Source: Eledone cirrhosa
Taxonomy: Eukaryota
DNA length: 64,000 nucleotides
NCBI GenBank assembly: GCA_964016885.1
Contig: OZ024742.1
Span: 59,954,001 to 60,018,000 of the forward strand
Direction: 5' to 3'
Both the position numbers and the translations under genes were made by a program. The notes under the pieces were generated by a model. That model saw only the letters and a list, made by a program, of their open reading frames with translations, was not told the DNA's origin and did no database searches. Positions 1 to 14,414 of the stretch are shown in pieces; positions within the stretch are counted from its first letter, which is position 1, and each line of letters opens with the position of its first letter.

Positions 1-1107
1 GCAACGAAATAATAATACCCCAGGTTGCATTTGAAAAATGTTCAAGTGGATGCTTAAGACTATGTTTGTATATGTTCTCTTGTATGCGTGCACATGTGTA
101 TATAGATATACACACGCATCCAGAGGTATACAAGTGTGGGTGGATGCATGTACCTATATATGGCTGTACTAAGGGATTCGCCTAAGCTCCAAAGCCCCTA
201 AGCTATTGCTGTGAAGATATATATCACACTCTACTTTTGTCTAGTCTAAACAATAACTTTTCCAAACACCCACTTTACTTTTCTTTAAAAATAACACCCA
301 CCTCGTTTTATGTCTGCCATATACTTGGATTTGGGGGCTTCTGTTGTATATATATATATATATGCGCTTGTGCGTACATACATATATATACACACCTGTA
401 TGGATTTGTGTGTGTAGATGTGTGTGTGTGGGGGGGGGTAGCTGTGAGTGTATGTACAAGTCAACCAACATAAGTCTTTTTATTTGTAAACTTTCTAAGT
501 ATTTGACTCTAACCATAATTTTCTCTATTACCACCCCACATAAATTCCTCAATTTGTATGTGTGGCTGTGTGTGTCTGTGCGGGTGGGTGTGAGTGTATG
601 TGCAAGTCAACCAACATAAGTCCTTTTATATGTACACTTTCTAGTATTTGACTCTAACCATATTTTCAGTAGTACCAGCCCACATAAATTCCTCAATATA
701 AGAATGACCTGTAGTATCGAATTTCATACTATAAACCTCAATTGAATATATATCTGACCAGGAATGCTTTTTGTGAAAATCAGTCATAAGGAACTATTGT
801 CAGCTTGCCTGACGGTTGGAACTTTACAACAACACCTACCTTCTTGAGGTCAAATACCAACCCAACTAGCATTTACAAACTAACCAATGAGAATTAAGGT
901 TATTCCTGCTGACAACATTAAATTATCCCTCACAAGCTCATATGTACCAAGGCTCTGAAACCATCAACACCAAAAACACAGAGCTGGCATATCTAAGAAC
1001 AGACTAACGGCCTGATGAGGTCATAGCCATTCAATGGGTATCATCGAAATATATATAGCAGTAAATAAAGGAATATGAGTTCATGCAATTGTCTTATGTT
1101 TCGTCAC

Positions 1108-1112
<5 letters not shown>
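1..1112 (+). mobile_element. Non-coding Penelope-associated (pLTR-like) element, left-truncated by the window edge, ending in (TA)n
   Basis: Collinear, highly similar copy at 48157-49112. Has a 3' hammerhead motif at 1007-1062 followed by a ~50-nt tail and a (TA)n tract; internal ~140-bp tandem duplication at about 430-700. Confidence 0.7.
1007..1062 (+). ncRNA. Type I hammerhead ribozyme (one stem I mismatch)
   Basis: ACGGC-CTGATGA-GGTCATAGCCATTCAATGGGTATCATC-GAAA-TATATA-TA-GCAGT: canonical core, palindromic stem III, AUA triplet. Confidence 0.8.
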
Positions 1113-1182
<70 letters not shown>

Positions 1183-1258
1183 CGAAGGAAATGTGGTAAG
1201 GAACCAGGTGGACCGTAACGCACCAAAGTACTCAATACTTAAGGTAGTAGAGTGGGTA

Positions 1259-1371
1259 ATAGGAGCGATTAGGACGCCGACGGCTGAGCTCAAGCCGTTT
1301 CGACGGCTAATTCTGGTCCAGAATTAGCCGTCGAAACGGCTTGAGCTCAGCCGTCGGGGTCCTACCCGTTC

Positions 1372-1375
<4 letters not shown>
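1259..1375. repeat. GC-rich fold-back palindrome (47-bp near-perfect arms, 1-nt centre at 1317)
   Basis: 1270-1316 is the reverse complement of 1318-1364 with one mismatch, and pairing extends imperfectly to 1259/1375. Confidence 0.9.
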
Positions 1376-2129
<754 letters not shown>

Positions 2130-2346
2130 GAAGGCGTGTTGCTGAGTGGTTAGAGAATTGGATTCGCAATCGTAAGGTTGTGAGTTCGATTCCTGGACCA
2201 GGCGATGCGTTATGTCCTTGAGGAAGACAATTTATTTCACGTTGCCCCTTCCACCTGGAGTTGCGACCGATAGATAGTATTAGTAATTGGAAAGACCAAC
2301 GGAAACATTGTTCCCTCGGTCCGATTTGACGAAAGTCGATCGTTCC

Positions 2347-2347
<1 letters not shown>
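2130..2347 (+). mobile_element. tRNA-derived SINE (family B)
   Basis: A-box-like GCTGAGTGG and B-box GAGTTCGATTCC, then GTCCTTGAGGAAGACAATTTATTTCACGTTGC. Related copies at 43867-44030 (+) and about 46040-46250 (-). Confidence 0.75.
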
Positions 2348-2392
<45 letters not shown>

Positions 2393-2449
2393 TACATATA
2401 TATATATATATATTAACAAATGGAAACTATATTTATAAAACCATATTTA

Positions 2450-2511
2450 TTTCATTATACATATTTCAAGGGCCACCAAGGCAAACTATGCTGCGCTCTC
2501 ATCAGATAAAA
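2450..2511 (-). ncRNA. Type I hammerhead ribozyme in a PLE-end fragment
   Basis: Minus strand TTTTAT-CTGATGA-GAGCGC...GGCCCTT-GAAA-TATGTA-TA-ATGAAA; segment 2405-2548 is homologous to the arms of the 62878-63229 palindrome. Confidence 0.7.
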
Positions 2512-2574
2512 TATAATATAGGTAGTTTTATAAATGAATATTGACATACCCTCAAAAAAATGCAACCATTCTGG

Positions 2575-2621
<47 letters not shown>

Positions 2622-2829
2622 TTTGTTCTTGAAACAGAAAGCGAAGTGTGAAATAGAAATAAAAGCTTTCGCCCTATTTTTCATTAAAGAAATGTTAGCC
2701 TGATAGTGGAGTTTCGAACCCTCTAAGATGAGTTTTAGAACCCTCTAAGATGAGTTTTCACGTACATGCGTCAATAATCATGTTTTTAAGACTCAAATTT
2801 CTTTAGTTAAAATTCGGAGAAAACGTCTA

Positions 2830-4210
2830 TTTCTATAATGTTCACAGATTACCTGAGCTTGGTGGAGGTTTATATAGAGATGATGCTCTTTTTGTAGTAA
2901 CTAACTATAATAATAGCCCCCTTAAAATAAAAAATAAAATTATAACTGATTTTTAACAATTACGGCCTTAAACTCGAAATTGAAAATAATAATAGAATAG
3001 TTAATTTCCTAGATATAACATTAAACCTTAATTCTGGTCTTTCGTAACCGTAAATTAAATGAAAACTTTAATTATGTTAGCTTCCCTCCAAACCACCCTT
3101 CAAATGTTAAAAAAGACATAGTTAATTGTGTTCAGCAAAGAATTTCTAGATTCTCAGCTAATACGGAAAATATTGACAGTAAGGCCAAATACTAGCGATG
3201 CGTTAAATAGAGCAGGGTACCATGATAAAATCGAATACACAGATACAAATGTTTACACCCCCACCCAACATTAATTTAATATCAATATTAATGCACATAC
3301 ATCTCACAACAATTGTAATAATGCTAATATCCGTAACCAAAGCTACAGAACTATGCCAAATCAGTCTTATAATCGATATAACTCTTATAAAACCAATAAG
3401 TCATATAAACTAATCCGTTCCCCTTCTATTTTATGGTATTCTCTACCACATCACTACGAATAAATACAAACTTATCTCACCTTTTCTTCAATGCTCTTGA
3501 TAAATGCTTCCCCAAAAGGCATAAATATAGTAGAATCTTTAATAGACATGCAGTTAAACTCTCATACTCTACGACTAGGAATATTGCCTAAAATATAGCT
3601 AAAATTAATAATAGAAATCTCGGAACTATCCATTAAGAATTAACCCCTAATGTTAATCAGAGAAGCACTAATAGAATAAATAACTTCTAAGGTAACAGCA
3701 AGTATGCCAATAAAATAGACGATGGAAACCTTATGAACTACGAAAACAGAGAGGATAATTAAATAACAACATAGGTAATTGTAATTGTAAAAATAGTTAT
3801 TCTTGCCCATTAAGTAAGAAGTGTCTTGATCGTAATTTAGTTTATAAATGCATTGTTAAAACAAAAGATAAGTCTTATAATTATATTGATGCCACTTTAT
3901 CTATATTTAAAGAAAGGTGGTATGATCACAGACACAGATTCAAAAGAGAAAATAACAGATTTAGTACCTCTTTATCTGAATTAATTTGGACGCTTAAAAA
4001 GAATATGATAGAATATTATCTTTCTTGGCACAAACTTTCGAGGCTTTTCCTCATAACAATTCTTCCATTTATAAAAGTTGTAACCTCTGAATATACTTTA
4101 TATTCTTAATAATAGAAAACTAATTATTAATAAACGTGGTGAGATATTTAATTCGTGCCTCCACCGATTCTCGAAAACGTTTCATAGAGTTAAGCTTTAT
4201 AATAGATAGC
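2830..4210 (+). pseudogene. 5'-truncated, degenerate Naiad-type Penelope-like element (RT C-terminal half + GIY-YIG)
   Basis: Translatable fragments GGGLYRDDAL (~2860), VNFLDITLNL, NHP, CNCKNSYSCPL (CxCx5C, ~3780), NLVYKC...YNYI, FKERWYDH, NKRGEIFNSCLH; many stops and frameshifts. Confidence 0.85.
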
Positions 4211-4292
4211 ATAGTAGGGAATGTCCCTTTATATATAATATTTAATTCTTGTCTCCACCTATTCTCGAATACGTTTAGGGATTTTAGTTAAG

Positions 4293-4374
<82 letters not shown>

Positions 4375-4767
4375 AGATAGGTATTAATCCTTTATATATA
4401 ATTTTAAAGCGATTTTGTTATCTTTATTTTAAAAATCTAGAGTATATACAAAATAAATCAACTAATTTTTCTACGTTATTTTCTCCGTTATTTTTCTGCG
4501 TTATTTATAATCTTCTTCCGTTACAATTGTTTATCTATTTTAACTTTAGGTTGTATGTAATTAAATTTAATTTAATATAGATTGATAAATTTGGCTATAA
4601 TGCATACAGCTGTTCTTTCTATATAGATACACAAAGTATTAATAGTCTCTCCTATTCATATATTAACTACCAAAATAAGTTTGTTGAATTGATAAATTTG
4701 ACATCGGTTATTATATCCTTTTTTTTTAAACTAAATAATTTACCTCATAGCATTATAACCTACTCAG

Positions 4768-4835
<68 letters not shown>

Positions 4836-7107
4836 CAAAAAAATATATCAATCATTAAATACTTTTCTACTCATATAATTTCAAAATCGAATTATACATA
4901 AACAAAGATAATTTACCTACAAATTTTGAAATCCAAATCCTTTATTATTAGGTTTGTGTGTGTGTGGGGAGAGTGGGGTGTATGGTATGCGTGTTGAGGC
5001 AGAAATGTTGCTATTTCTAGTAATTTGAAAGATCAGGTATTAAGCTCTTTGTGCGACTTTAAAATGAATACTTTTCGCAGATGTAATAACCTAACTATGA
5101 TATAAGGATCTTTTCTATATGTCGTTTTGTTTCGCTTCGATACAAACAATATTTGTAAAGGGTAGACTTGATATTGTATATAGTAATTTGTTTTTTAAAC
5201 GTACAGAAAGGATGAAATGTAAACACCAATCGTGGTGAGATGGAAATAATGAAATAAGTAAGCTGTCTTTCGATTTACATCGGACATATCGCTGGTTCTT
5301 TTATGATAAATCTTATTGATTCTCAATTTGACAACTTCTGGCTACACATTAAATGGACGTAGATTAATATTAGCAATGTACATAGGTAATCTACTGTTAA
5401 GGTGCCGAACTGACAGGATCATTGTGGTATCGGATAGAATGCCTTTCTGTACTTGTTCCAACTCATTGCAATCTAAATATGCTGCTGAAGTTAAATTTGC
5501 TTCACATTCTTTCACGGTCCATAATTTCAAACTAAACCCAAACCCTTGGCTTGTAGAGATAATATCTCACTTATTTTAACTCCACCACCCGACCATGAGC
5601 GACTTTAGGAGAATCTATCTTTTGTAATATATTAGGCCAGGTGTACATGTTTGATGATATATTCCTTCTACCAGTTAGATGTTCATAGAGTCGTTAGAAT
5701 GCTGGAGTGAACGTCTTGTATTATGAGTTACGATACTTGAAAATTTGAGTTTAAATCACGCTGATTTCAAATTTGTCTTTCCTCCATTTTGACGGCTAAT
5801 TAAATACTATTCCTGTGTAATAAATGGTCAATATATCCGAGGTGATGTTATGTGGCATCTGTTCCACTAATTGATCGTTATGAATTTATATCCAGCTTCC
5901 TGTCATTTGAAGAAATTGTGGCATAATAGGACTTGGACACCTATCATTAAAATAGCTGATACACTCTATGAGAGACAATGTCATGGGAAGAAAGCTAAAT
6001 TTACGGAGTTTTGAGCAGTAAGAGCAACAGTACTTAGCACTAGATTTTCATGTTTTATATCTAATTTCTATACTATATGAGCTCATATAATGTTTTCCAC
6101 CAAACAACCAAAACCATCTCCCACCGCCATTACCATCTCAACAACTTCACAATCATCATCATCATCAACATCATCAAATTCTCTAGTTTTACGAAGATGT
6201 ATATACAAAATCCAATTATTCTGTTTCCGGTCATCAGCGAACCATATTTCCCCCACAATTTCCCAGCCTCTTAATGCTTTACATGTTACAAAGCTTTGGT
6301 TGGGTCGACTTCCTCTCTCCATTTAACAAGGGCTTTATCAATGTATGGAGTCATTCACTAAATGCAGATTGTGATGGCCTCATGTTTCGTGAACCAAACT
6401 TTTCATTGTTTGTCTTTTATCAATTGTAGGAAACTTCTATTGTATTTTCTTTCTTTTCCCGGTTCTTCCGTTCATAAAACCGTCATTAGTTCTATATTCC
6501 GTCATCTCACTATCATAGCTTGTATCCATATAATGCAATTTATAAATATTGATCTGGTAAATCGTTTTTCTTTCTTTTTATTATTGCAACTATAATTTGA
6601 ATTTTTGGAAAGATGTAGTTTCCACATATATCAAATAATATTATGGGCGTAAGTTAACCAAAGAGGCGGCGAATTGACAGAGTCGTTAGAATGTTCGATA
6701 CAATGCTTTCCGGTACTTCTTCTGACTCGGCGCTCTGAAATCAAATGCAACCGAGGTTTTGAGGTGGAAAAATGTACCAAACCAGTATTTGGGTTGATTC
6801 GTCTTATATATCAATTTCTCACTTACCCTCTGCCATACCCTCTTCTGCTGTGTTACGTCCTGGAGATAAAATAGGCTCCACCAGGTTTAGAAAGTGACCA
6901 AGAAACGCCGTATGTCACTAATGCACTGATACGAGTCCATCAAAATTTACTCATTCCTCTGATTTTCTCGGCATCATGTTTAAGCAGCTTTTAAACAATA
7001 AGGTTTCCGATTAATTTACTCATAATCATTATTCTAGATCACAAAAAATGTATTACCATACACATATAGAAATACACACACACATATGCGCATACTCACT
7101 TACACGC

Positions 7108-7298
<191 letters not shown>

Positions 7299-7913
7299 AT
7301 GAACTCATCCCCCGAGAACGCAACATAAGCATCCAGGATATAAGAATGCATGTGATACTTAAACCTATCTGGTTATTCATATTCCACATCGATAGATATA
7401 TATAGATATACAAGCTTGATATCAATTGACATAGCAGAGACACAGATATACGGTGATAATATACCACAATGCTTAGTATTCATTATGGTAAATTCATCAT
7501 TCATATGAAGAACATGTGTAATTTTAGGACTGGTATCAATCTGTTTTATCTCAATTGATTTCCCTGCATACTCAATATTTGCACCGGGGCGGTTTTTGGC
7601 GAATTAAATTATTTAGATGACACTATTGTTGGTTGTGTTTTAAATGTTAACTAATATATCAACATTATAATCATATTCATGTGTGTATGATTAATATACG
7701 TATATACACACGCACACAAGAACATGTTTGTATAATATTAAATGGGGTTTGGATATTGTGCACGCGTGTACATAGAATGGTCGAACATTAACTAAATGTG
7801 GTCTCACAATCTGTTAGAAACATAAGATTCATTTTCCGAAAAAAATATTGGCAGTGAAGATGAAGTTTTGCTGATTGTGTTAGTTTTGACACCATAAGGG
7901 CATCCTCGAAATA

Positions 7914-10900
7914 CGTTTCGTTATTTGTTTTTATCGTTTCCGCTGAACCGGTGCGTACAATGACTCACGTTCTATGCAAATTAGTCTACCCACTACTAAT
8001 TTTCATAGAAAAAGCATATAACGATATGTGCTTTTACAATTCTCCAGAGAAGCCGGAAGATGGGTAAATATTGCTGATGAGATGTAATAACATCGAAACT
8101 AGTCCAATATTCCTGTCTGGCCCTCTGGAGAATAGAGGAAATGTGTTTCCTTGAAAACTCGTATGACTCTAAAACCCGGTCCGTCTGTGTGGTTACGTAC
8201 AGACTAGCTGACACTCACTGTAAAGTGTCTAGTGAAAAACTCAGTACATGTACATATGTATACATGTGTGTATTTATATGCATACTAATACTTCCGTATA
8301 CATATGTAGATGTACACTTTAACTTAATTGTTTAAGCGTCAGTCATACAAAAGTGAGTTAGAAGCGAAACGAAATTTAATTTCGTTTCGTTATTTGTATT
8401 TATCGCTTCCGCTGAACCGGTGCGTACAATGACTCACGTTCTATGCAAATTAGTCTACCCACTACTAATTTTCATAGAAAAAGCATATAACGATATGTGC
8501 TTTTACAATTCTCCAGAGAAGCCGGAAGATGGGTAAATATTGCTGATGAGATGTAATAACATCGAAACTAGTCCAATATTCCTGTCTGGCCCTCTGGAGA
8601 ATAGAGGAAATGTGTTTCCTTGAAAACTCGTATGACTCTAAAACCCGGTCCGTCTGTGTGGTTACGTACAGACTAGCTGACACTCACTGTAAAGTGTCTA
8701 GTGAAAAACTCAGTACATGTACATATGTATACATGTGTGTATTTATATGCATACTAATACTTCCGTATACATATGTAGATGTACACTTTAACTTAATTGT
8801 TTAAGCGTCAGTCATACAAAAGTGAGTTAGAAGCGAAACGAAATTTAATTTCGTTTCGTTATATGTTTTTATCGCTTCCGCTGAACCGGTGCGTACAATG
8901 ACTCACGTTCTATGCAAATTAGTCTACCCACTACTAATGTTCATAGAAAAAGCATATAACGATATGTGCTTTTACAATTCTCCAGAGAAGCCGGAAGATG
9001 GGTAAATATTGCTGATGAGATGTAATAACATCGAAACTAGTCCAATATTCCTGTCTGGCCCTCTAGGGAATAGAGGAAATGTGTTTCCTTGAAAACTCGT
9101 ATGACTCTAAAACCCGGTCCGTCTGTGTGGTTACGTACAGACTAGCTGACACTCACTGTAAAGTGTCTAGTGAAAAACTCAGTACATGTACATATGTATA
9201 CATGTGTGTATTTATATGCATACTAATACTTCCGTAAACATATGTAGATGTACACTTTAACTTAATTGTTTAAGCGTCAGTCATACAAAAGTGAGTTAGA
9301 AGCGAAACGAAATTTAATTTCGTTTCGTTATTTGTTTTTATCGTTTCCGCTGAACCGGTGCGTATAATGACTCACGTTCTATGCAAATTAGTCTACCCAC
9401 TACTAATTTTCATAGAAAAAGCATACAACGATATGTGCTTTTACAATTCTCCAGAGAAGCCGGAAGATGGGTAAATATTGCTGATGAGATGTAATAACAT
9501 CGAAACTAGTCCAATATTCCTGTCTGGCCCTCTGAAAAATAGAGGAAATGTGTTTCCTTGAAAACTCGTATGACTCTAAAACCCGGTCCGTCTGTGTGGT
9601 TACGTACAGACTAGCTGACACTCACTGTAAAGTGTCTAGTGAAAAACTCAGTACATGTACATATGTATACATGTGTGTATTTATATGCATACTAATACTT
9701 CCGTATACATATGTAGATGTACACTTTAACTTAATTGTTTAAGCGTCAGTCATACAAAAGTGAGTTAGAAGCGAAACGAAATTTAATTTCGTTTCGTTAT
9801 TTGTTTTTATCGCTTCCGCTGAACCGGTGCGTACAATGACTCACGTTCTATGCAAATTAGTCTACCCACTACTAATTTTCATAGAAAAAGCATATAACGA
9901 TATGTGCTTTTACAATTCTCCAGAGAAGCCGGAAGATGGGTAAATATTGCTGATGAGATGTAATAACATCGAAACTAGTCCAATATTCCTGTCTGGCCCT
10001 CTGGAGAATAGAGGAAATGTGTTTCCTTGAAAACTCGTATGACTCTAAAACCCGGTCCGTCTGTCTGGTTACGTACAGACTAGCTGACACTCACTGTAAA
10101 GTGTCTAGTGAAAAACTCAGTACATGTACATATGTATACATGTGTGTATTTATATGCATACTAATACTTCCGTATACATATGTAGATGTACACTTTAACT
10201 TAATTGTTTAAGCGTCAGTCATACAAAAGTGAGTTAGAAGCGAAACGAAATTTAATTTCGTTTCGTTATTTGTTTTTATCGTTTCCGCTGAACCGGTGCG
10301 TACAATGACTCACGTTCTATGCAAATTAGTCTACCCACTACTAATTTTCATAGAAAAAGCATATAACGATATGTGCTTTTACAATTCTCCAGAGAAGCCG
10401 GAAGATGGGTAAATATTGCTGATGAGATGTAATAACATCGAAACTAGTCCAATATTCCTGTCTGGCCCTCTGGAGAATAGAGGAAATGTGTTTCCTTGAA
10501 AACTCGTATGACTCTAAAACCCGGTCCGTCTGTGTGGTTACGTACAGACTAGCTGACACTCACTGTAAAGTGTCTAGTGAAAAACTCAGTACATGTACAT
10601 ATGTATACATGTGTGTATTTATATGCATACTAATACTTCCGTATACATATGTAGATGTACACTTTAACTTAATTGTTTAAGCGTCAGTCATACAAAAGTG
10701 AGTTAGAAGCGAAACGAAATTTAATTTCGTTTCGTTATTTGTTTTTATCGTTTCCGCTGAACCGGTGCGTACAATGACTCACGTTCTATGCAAATTAGTC
10801 AACCCACTACTAATTTTCATAGAAAAAGCATATAACGATATGTGCTTTTACAATTCTCCAGAGAAGCCGGAAGATGGGTAAATATTGCTGATGAGATGTA

Positions 10901-13900
10901 ATAACATCGAAACTAGTCCAATATTCCTGTCTGGCCCTCTGGAGAATAGAGGAAATGTGTTTCCTTGAAAACTCGTATGACTCTAAAACCCGGTCCGTCT
11001 GTGTGGTTACGTACAGACTAGCTGACACTCACTGTAAAGTGTCTAGTGAAAAACTCAGTACATGTACATATGTATACATGTGTGTATTTATATGCATACT
11101 AATACTTCCGTATACATATGTAGATGTACACTTTAACTTAATTGTTTAAGCGTCAGTCATACAAAAGTGAGTTAGAAGCGAAACGAAATTTAATTTCGTT
11201 TCGTTATTTGTTTTTATCGTTTCCGCTGAACCGGTGCGTACAATGACTCACGTTCTATGCAAATTAGTCTACCCAATACTAATTTTCATAGAAAAAGCAT
11301 ATAACGATATGTGCTTTTACAATTCTCCAGAGAAGCCGGAAGATGGGTAAATATTGCTGATGAGATGTAATAACATCGAAACTAGTCCAATATTCCTGTC
11401 TGGCCCTCTGGAGAATAGAGGAAATGTGTTTCCTTGAAAACTTGTATGACTCTAAAACCCGGTCCGTCTGTGTGGTTACGTACAGACTAGCTGACACTCA
11501 CTGTAAAGTTTCTAGTGAAAAACTCAGTACATGTACATATGTATACATGTGTGTATTTATATGCATACTAATACTTCCGTATACAAATGTAGATGTACAC
11601 TTTAACTTAATTGTTTAAGCGTCAGTCATACAAAAGTGAGTTAGAAGCGAAACGAAATTTAATTTCGTTTCGTTATTTCTTTTTATCGTTTCCGCTGAAC
11701 CGGTGCGTACAATGACTCACGTTCTATGCAAATTAGTCTACCCACTACTAATTTTCATAGAAAAAGCATACAACGATATGTGCTTTTACAATTCTCCAGA
11801 GAAGCCGGAAGATGGGTAAATATTGCTGATGAGATGTAATAACATCGAAACTAGTCCAATATTCCTGTCTGGCCCTCTGGAGAATAGAGGAAATGTGTTT
11901 CCTTGAAAACTCCTATGACTCTAAAACCCGGTCGGTCTGTGTGGTTACGTACAGACTAGCTGACACTCACTGTAAAGTGTCTAGTGAAAAACTCAGTACA
12001 TGTACATATGTATACATGTGTGTATTTATATGCATACTAATACTTCCGTATACATATGTAGATGTACACTTTAACTTAATTGTTTAAGCGTCAGTCATAC
12101 AAAAGTGAGTTAGAAGCGAAACGAAATTTAATTTCGTTTCGTTATTTGTTTTTATCGTTTCCGCTGAACCGGTGCGTACAATGACTCACGTTCTATGCAA
12201 ATTAGTCTACCCACTACTAATTTTCATAGAAAAAGCATATAACGATATGTGCTTTTACAATTCTCCAGAGAAGCCGGAAGATGGGTAAATATTGCTGATG
12301 AGATGTAATAACATCGAAACTAGTCCAATATTCCTGTCTGGCCCTCTGGAGAATAGAGGAATGTGTTTCCTTGAAAACTCGTATGACTCTAAAACCCGGT
12401 CCGTCTGTGTGGTTACGTACAGACTAGCTGACACTCACTGTAAAGTGTCTAGTGAAAAACTCAGTACATGTACATATGTATACATGTGTGTATTTATATG
12501 CATACTAATACTTCCGTATACAAATGTAGATGTACACTTTAACTTAATTGTTTAAGCGTCAGTCATACAAAAGTGAGTTCGAAACGAAATTTAATTTCGT
12601 TTCGTTATTTGTTTTTATCGTTTCCGCTGAACCGGTGCGTACAATGACTCACGTTCTATGCAAATTAGTCTACCCACTACTAATTTTCATAGAAAAAGCA
12701 TACAGCGATATGTGCTTTTACAATTCTCCAGAGAAGCCGGAAGATGGGTAAATATTGCTGATGAGATGTAATAACATCGAAACTAGTCCAATATTCCTGT
12801 CTGGCCCTCTGGAGAATAGAGGTAATGTGTTTCCTTGAAAACTCGTATGACTCTAAAACCCGGTCCGTCTGTGTGGTTACGTACAGACTAGCTGACACTC
12901 ACTGTAAAGTGTCTAGTGAAAAACTCAGTACATGTACATATGTATACATGTGTGTATTTATATGCATACTAATACTTCCGTATACATATGTAGATGTACA
13001 CTTTAACTTAATTGTTTAAGCGTCAGTCATACAAAAGTGAGTTAGAAGCGAAACGAAATTTAATTTCGTTTCGTTATTTGTTTTTATCGTTTCCGCTGAA
13101 CCGGTGCGTACAATGACTCACGTTCTATGCAAATTAGTCTACCCACTACTAATTTTCATAGAAAAAGCATATAACGATATGTGCTTTTACAATTCTCCAG
13201 AGAAGCCGGAAGATGGGTAAATATTGCTGATGAGATGTAATAACATCGAAACTAGTCCAATATTCCTGTCTGGCCCTCTGGAGAATAGAGGAAATGTGTT
13301 TCCTTGAAAACTCGTATGACTCTAAAACCCGGTCCGTCTGTGTGGTTACGTACAGACTAGCTGACACTCACTGTAAAGTGTCTAGTGAAAAACTCAGTAC
13401 ATGTACATATGTATACATGTGTGTATTTATATGCATACTAATACTTCCGTATACATATGTAGATGTACACTTTAACTTAATTGTTTAAGCGTCAGTCATA
13501 CAAAAGTGAGTTAGAAGCGAAACGAAATTTAATTTCGTTTCGTTATTTGTTTTTATCGTTTCCGCTGAACCGGTGCGTACAATGACTCACGTTCTATGCA
13601 AATTAGTCTACCCACTACTAATTTTCATAGAAAAAGCATATAACGATATGTGCTTTTACAATTCTCCAGAGAAGCCGGAAGATGGGTAAATATTGCTGAT
13701 GAGATGTAATAACATCGAAACTAGTCCAATATTCCTGTCTGGCCCTCTAGAGAATAGAGGAAATGTGTTTCCTTGAAAACTCGTATGACTCTAAAACCCG
13801 GTCCGTCTGTGTGGTTACGTACAGACTAGCTGACACTCACTGTAAAGTGTCTAGTGAAAAACTCAGTACATGTACATATGTATACATGTGTGTATTTATA

Positions 13901-14414
13901 TGCATACTAATACTTCCGTATACATATGTAGATGTACACTTTAACTTAATTGTTTAAGCGTCAGTCATACAAAAGTGAGTTAGAAGCGAAACGAAATTTA
14001 ATTTCGTTTCGTTATTTGTTTTTATCGTTTCCGCTGAACCGGTGCGTACAATGACTCACTTTCTATGCAAATTAGTCTACCCACTACTAATTTTCATAGA
14101 AAAAGCATATAACGATATGTGCTTTTACAATTCTCCAGAGAAGCCGGAAGATGGGTAAATATTGCTGATGAGATGTAATAACATCGAAACTAGTCCAATA
14201 TTCCTGTCTGGCCCTCTGGAGAATAGAGGAAATGTGTTTCCTTGAAAACTCGTATGACTCTAAAACCCGGTCCGTCTGTGTGGTTACGTACAGACTAGCT
14301 GACACTCACTGTAAAGTGTCTAGTGAAAAACTCAGTACATGTACATATGTATACATGTGTGTATTTATATGCATACTAATACTTCCGTATACATATGTAG
14401 ATGTACACTTTAAC

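Noticed and set aside
2130-2200. tRNA genes at SINE heads (also 56838, 62296)
   Set aside because: A/B boxes run into SINE bodies with no complete cloverleaf.
4079-4090. TGA at the second Cys of CNLC as selenocysteine (some Naiads encode selenoproteins)
   Set aside because: The copy is heavily decayed and residues following the motif are missing, so a deletion explains the TGA; no SECIS was identified.
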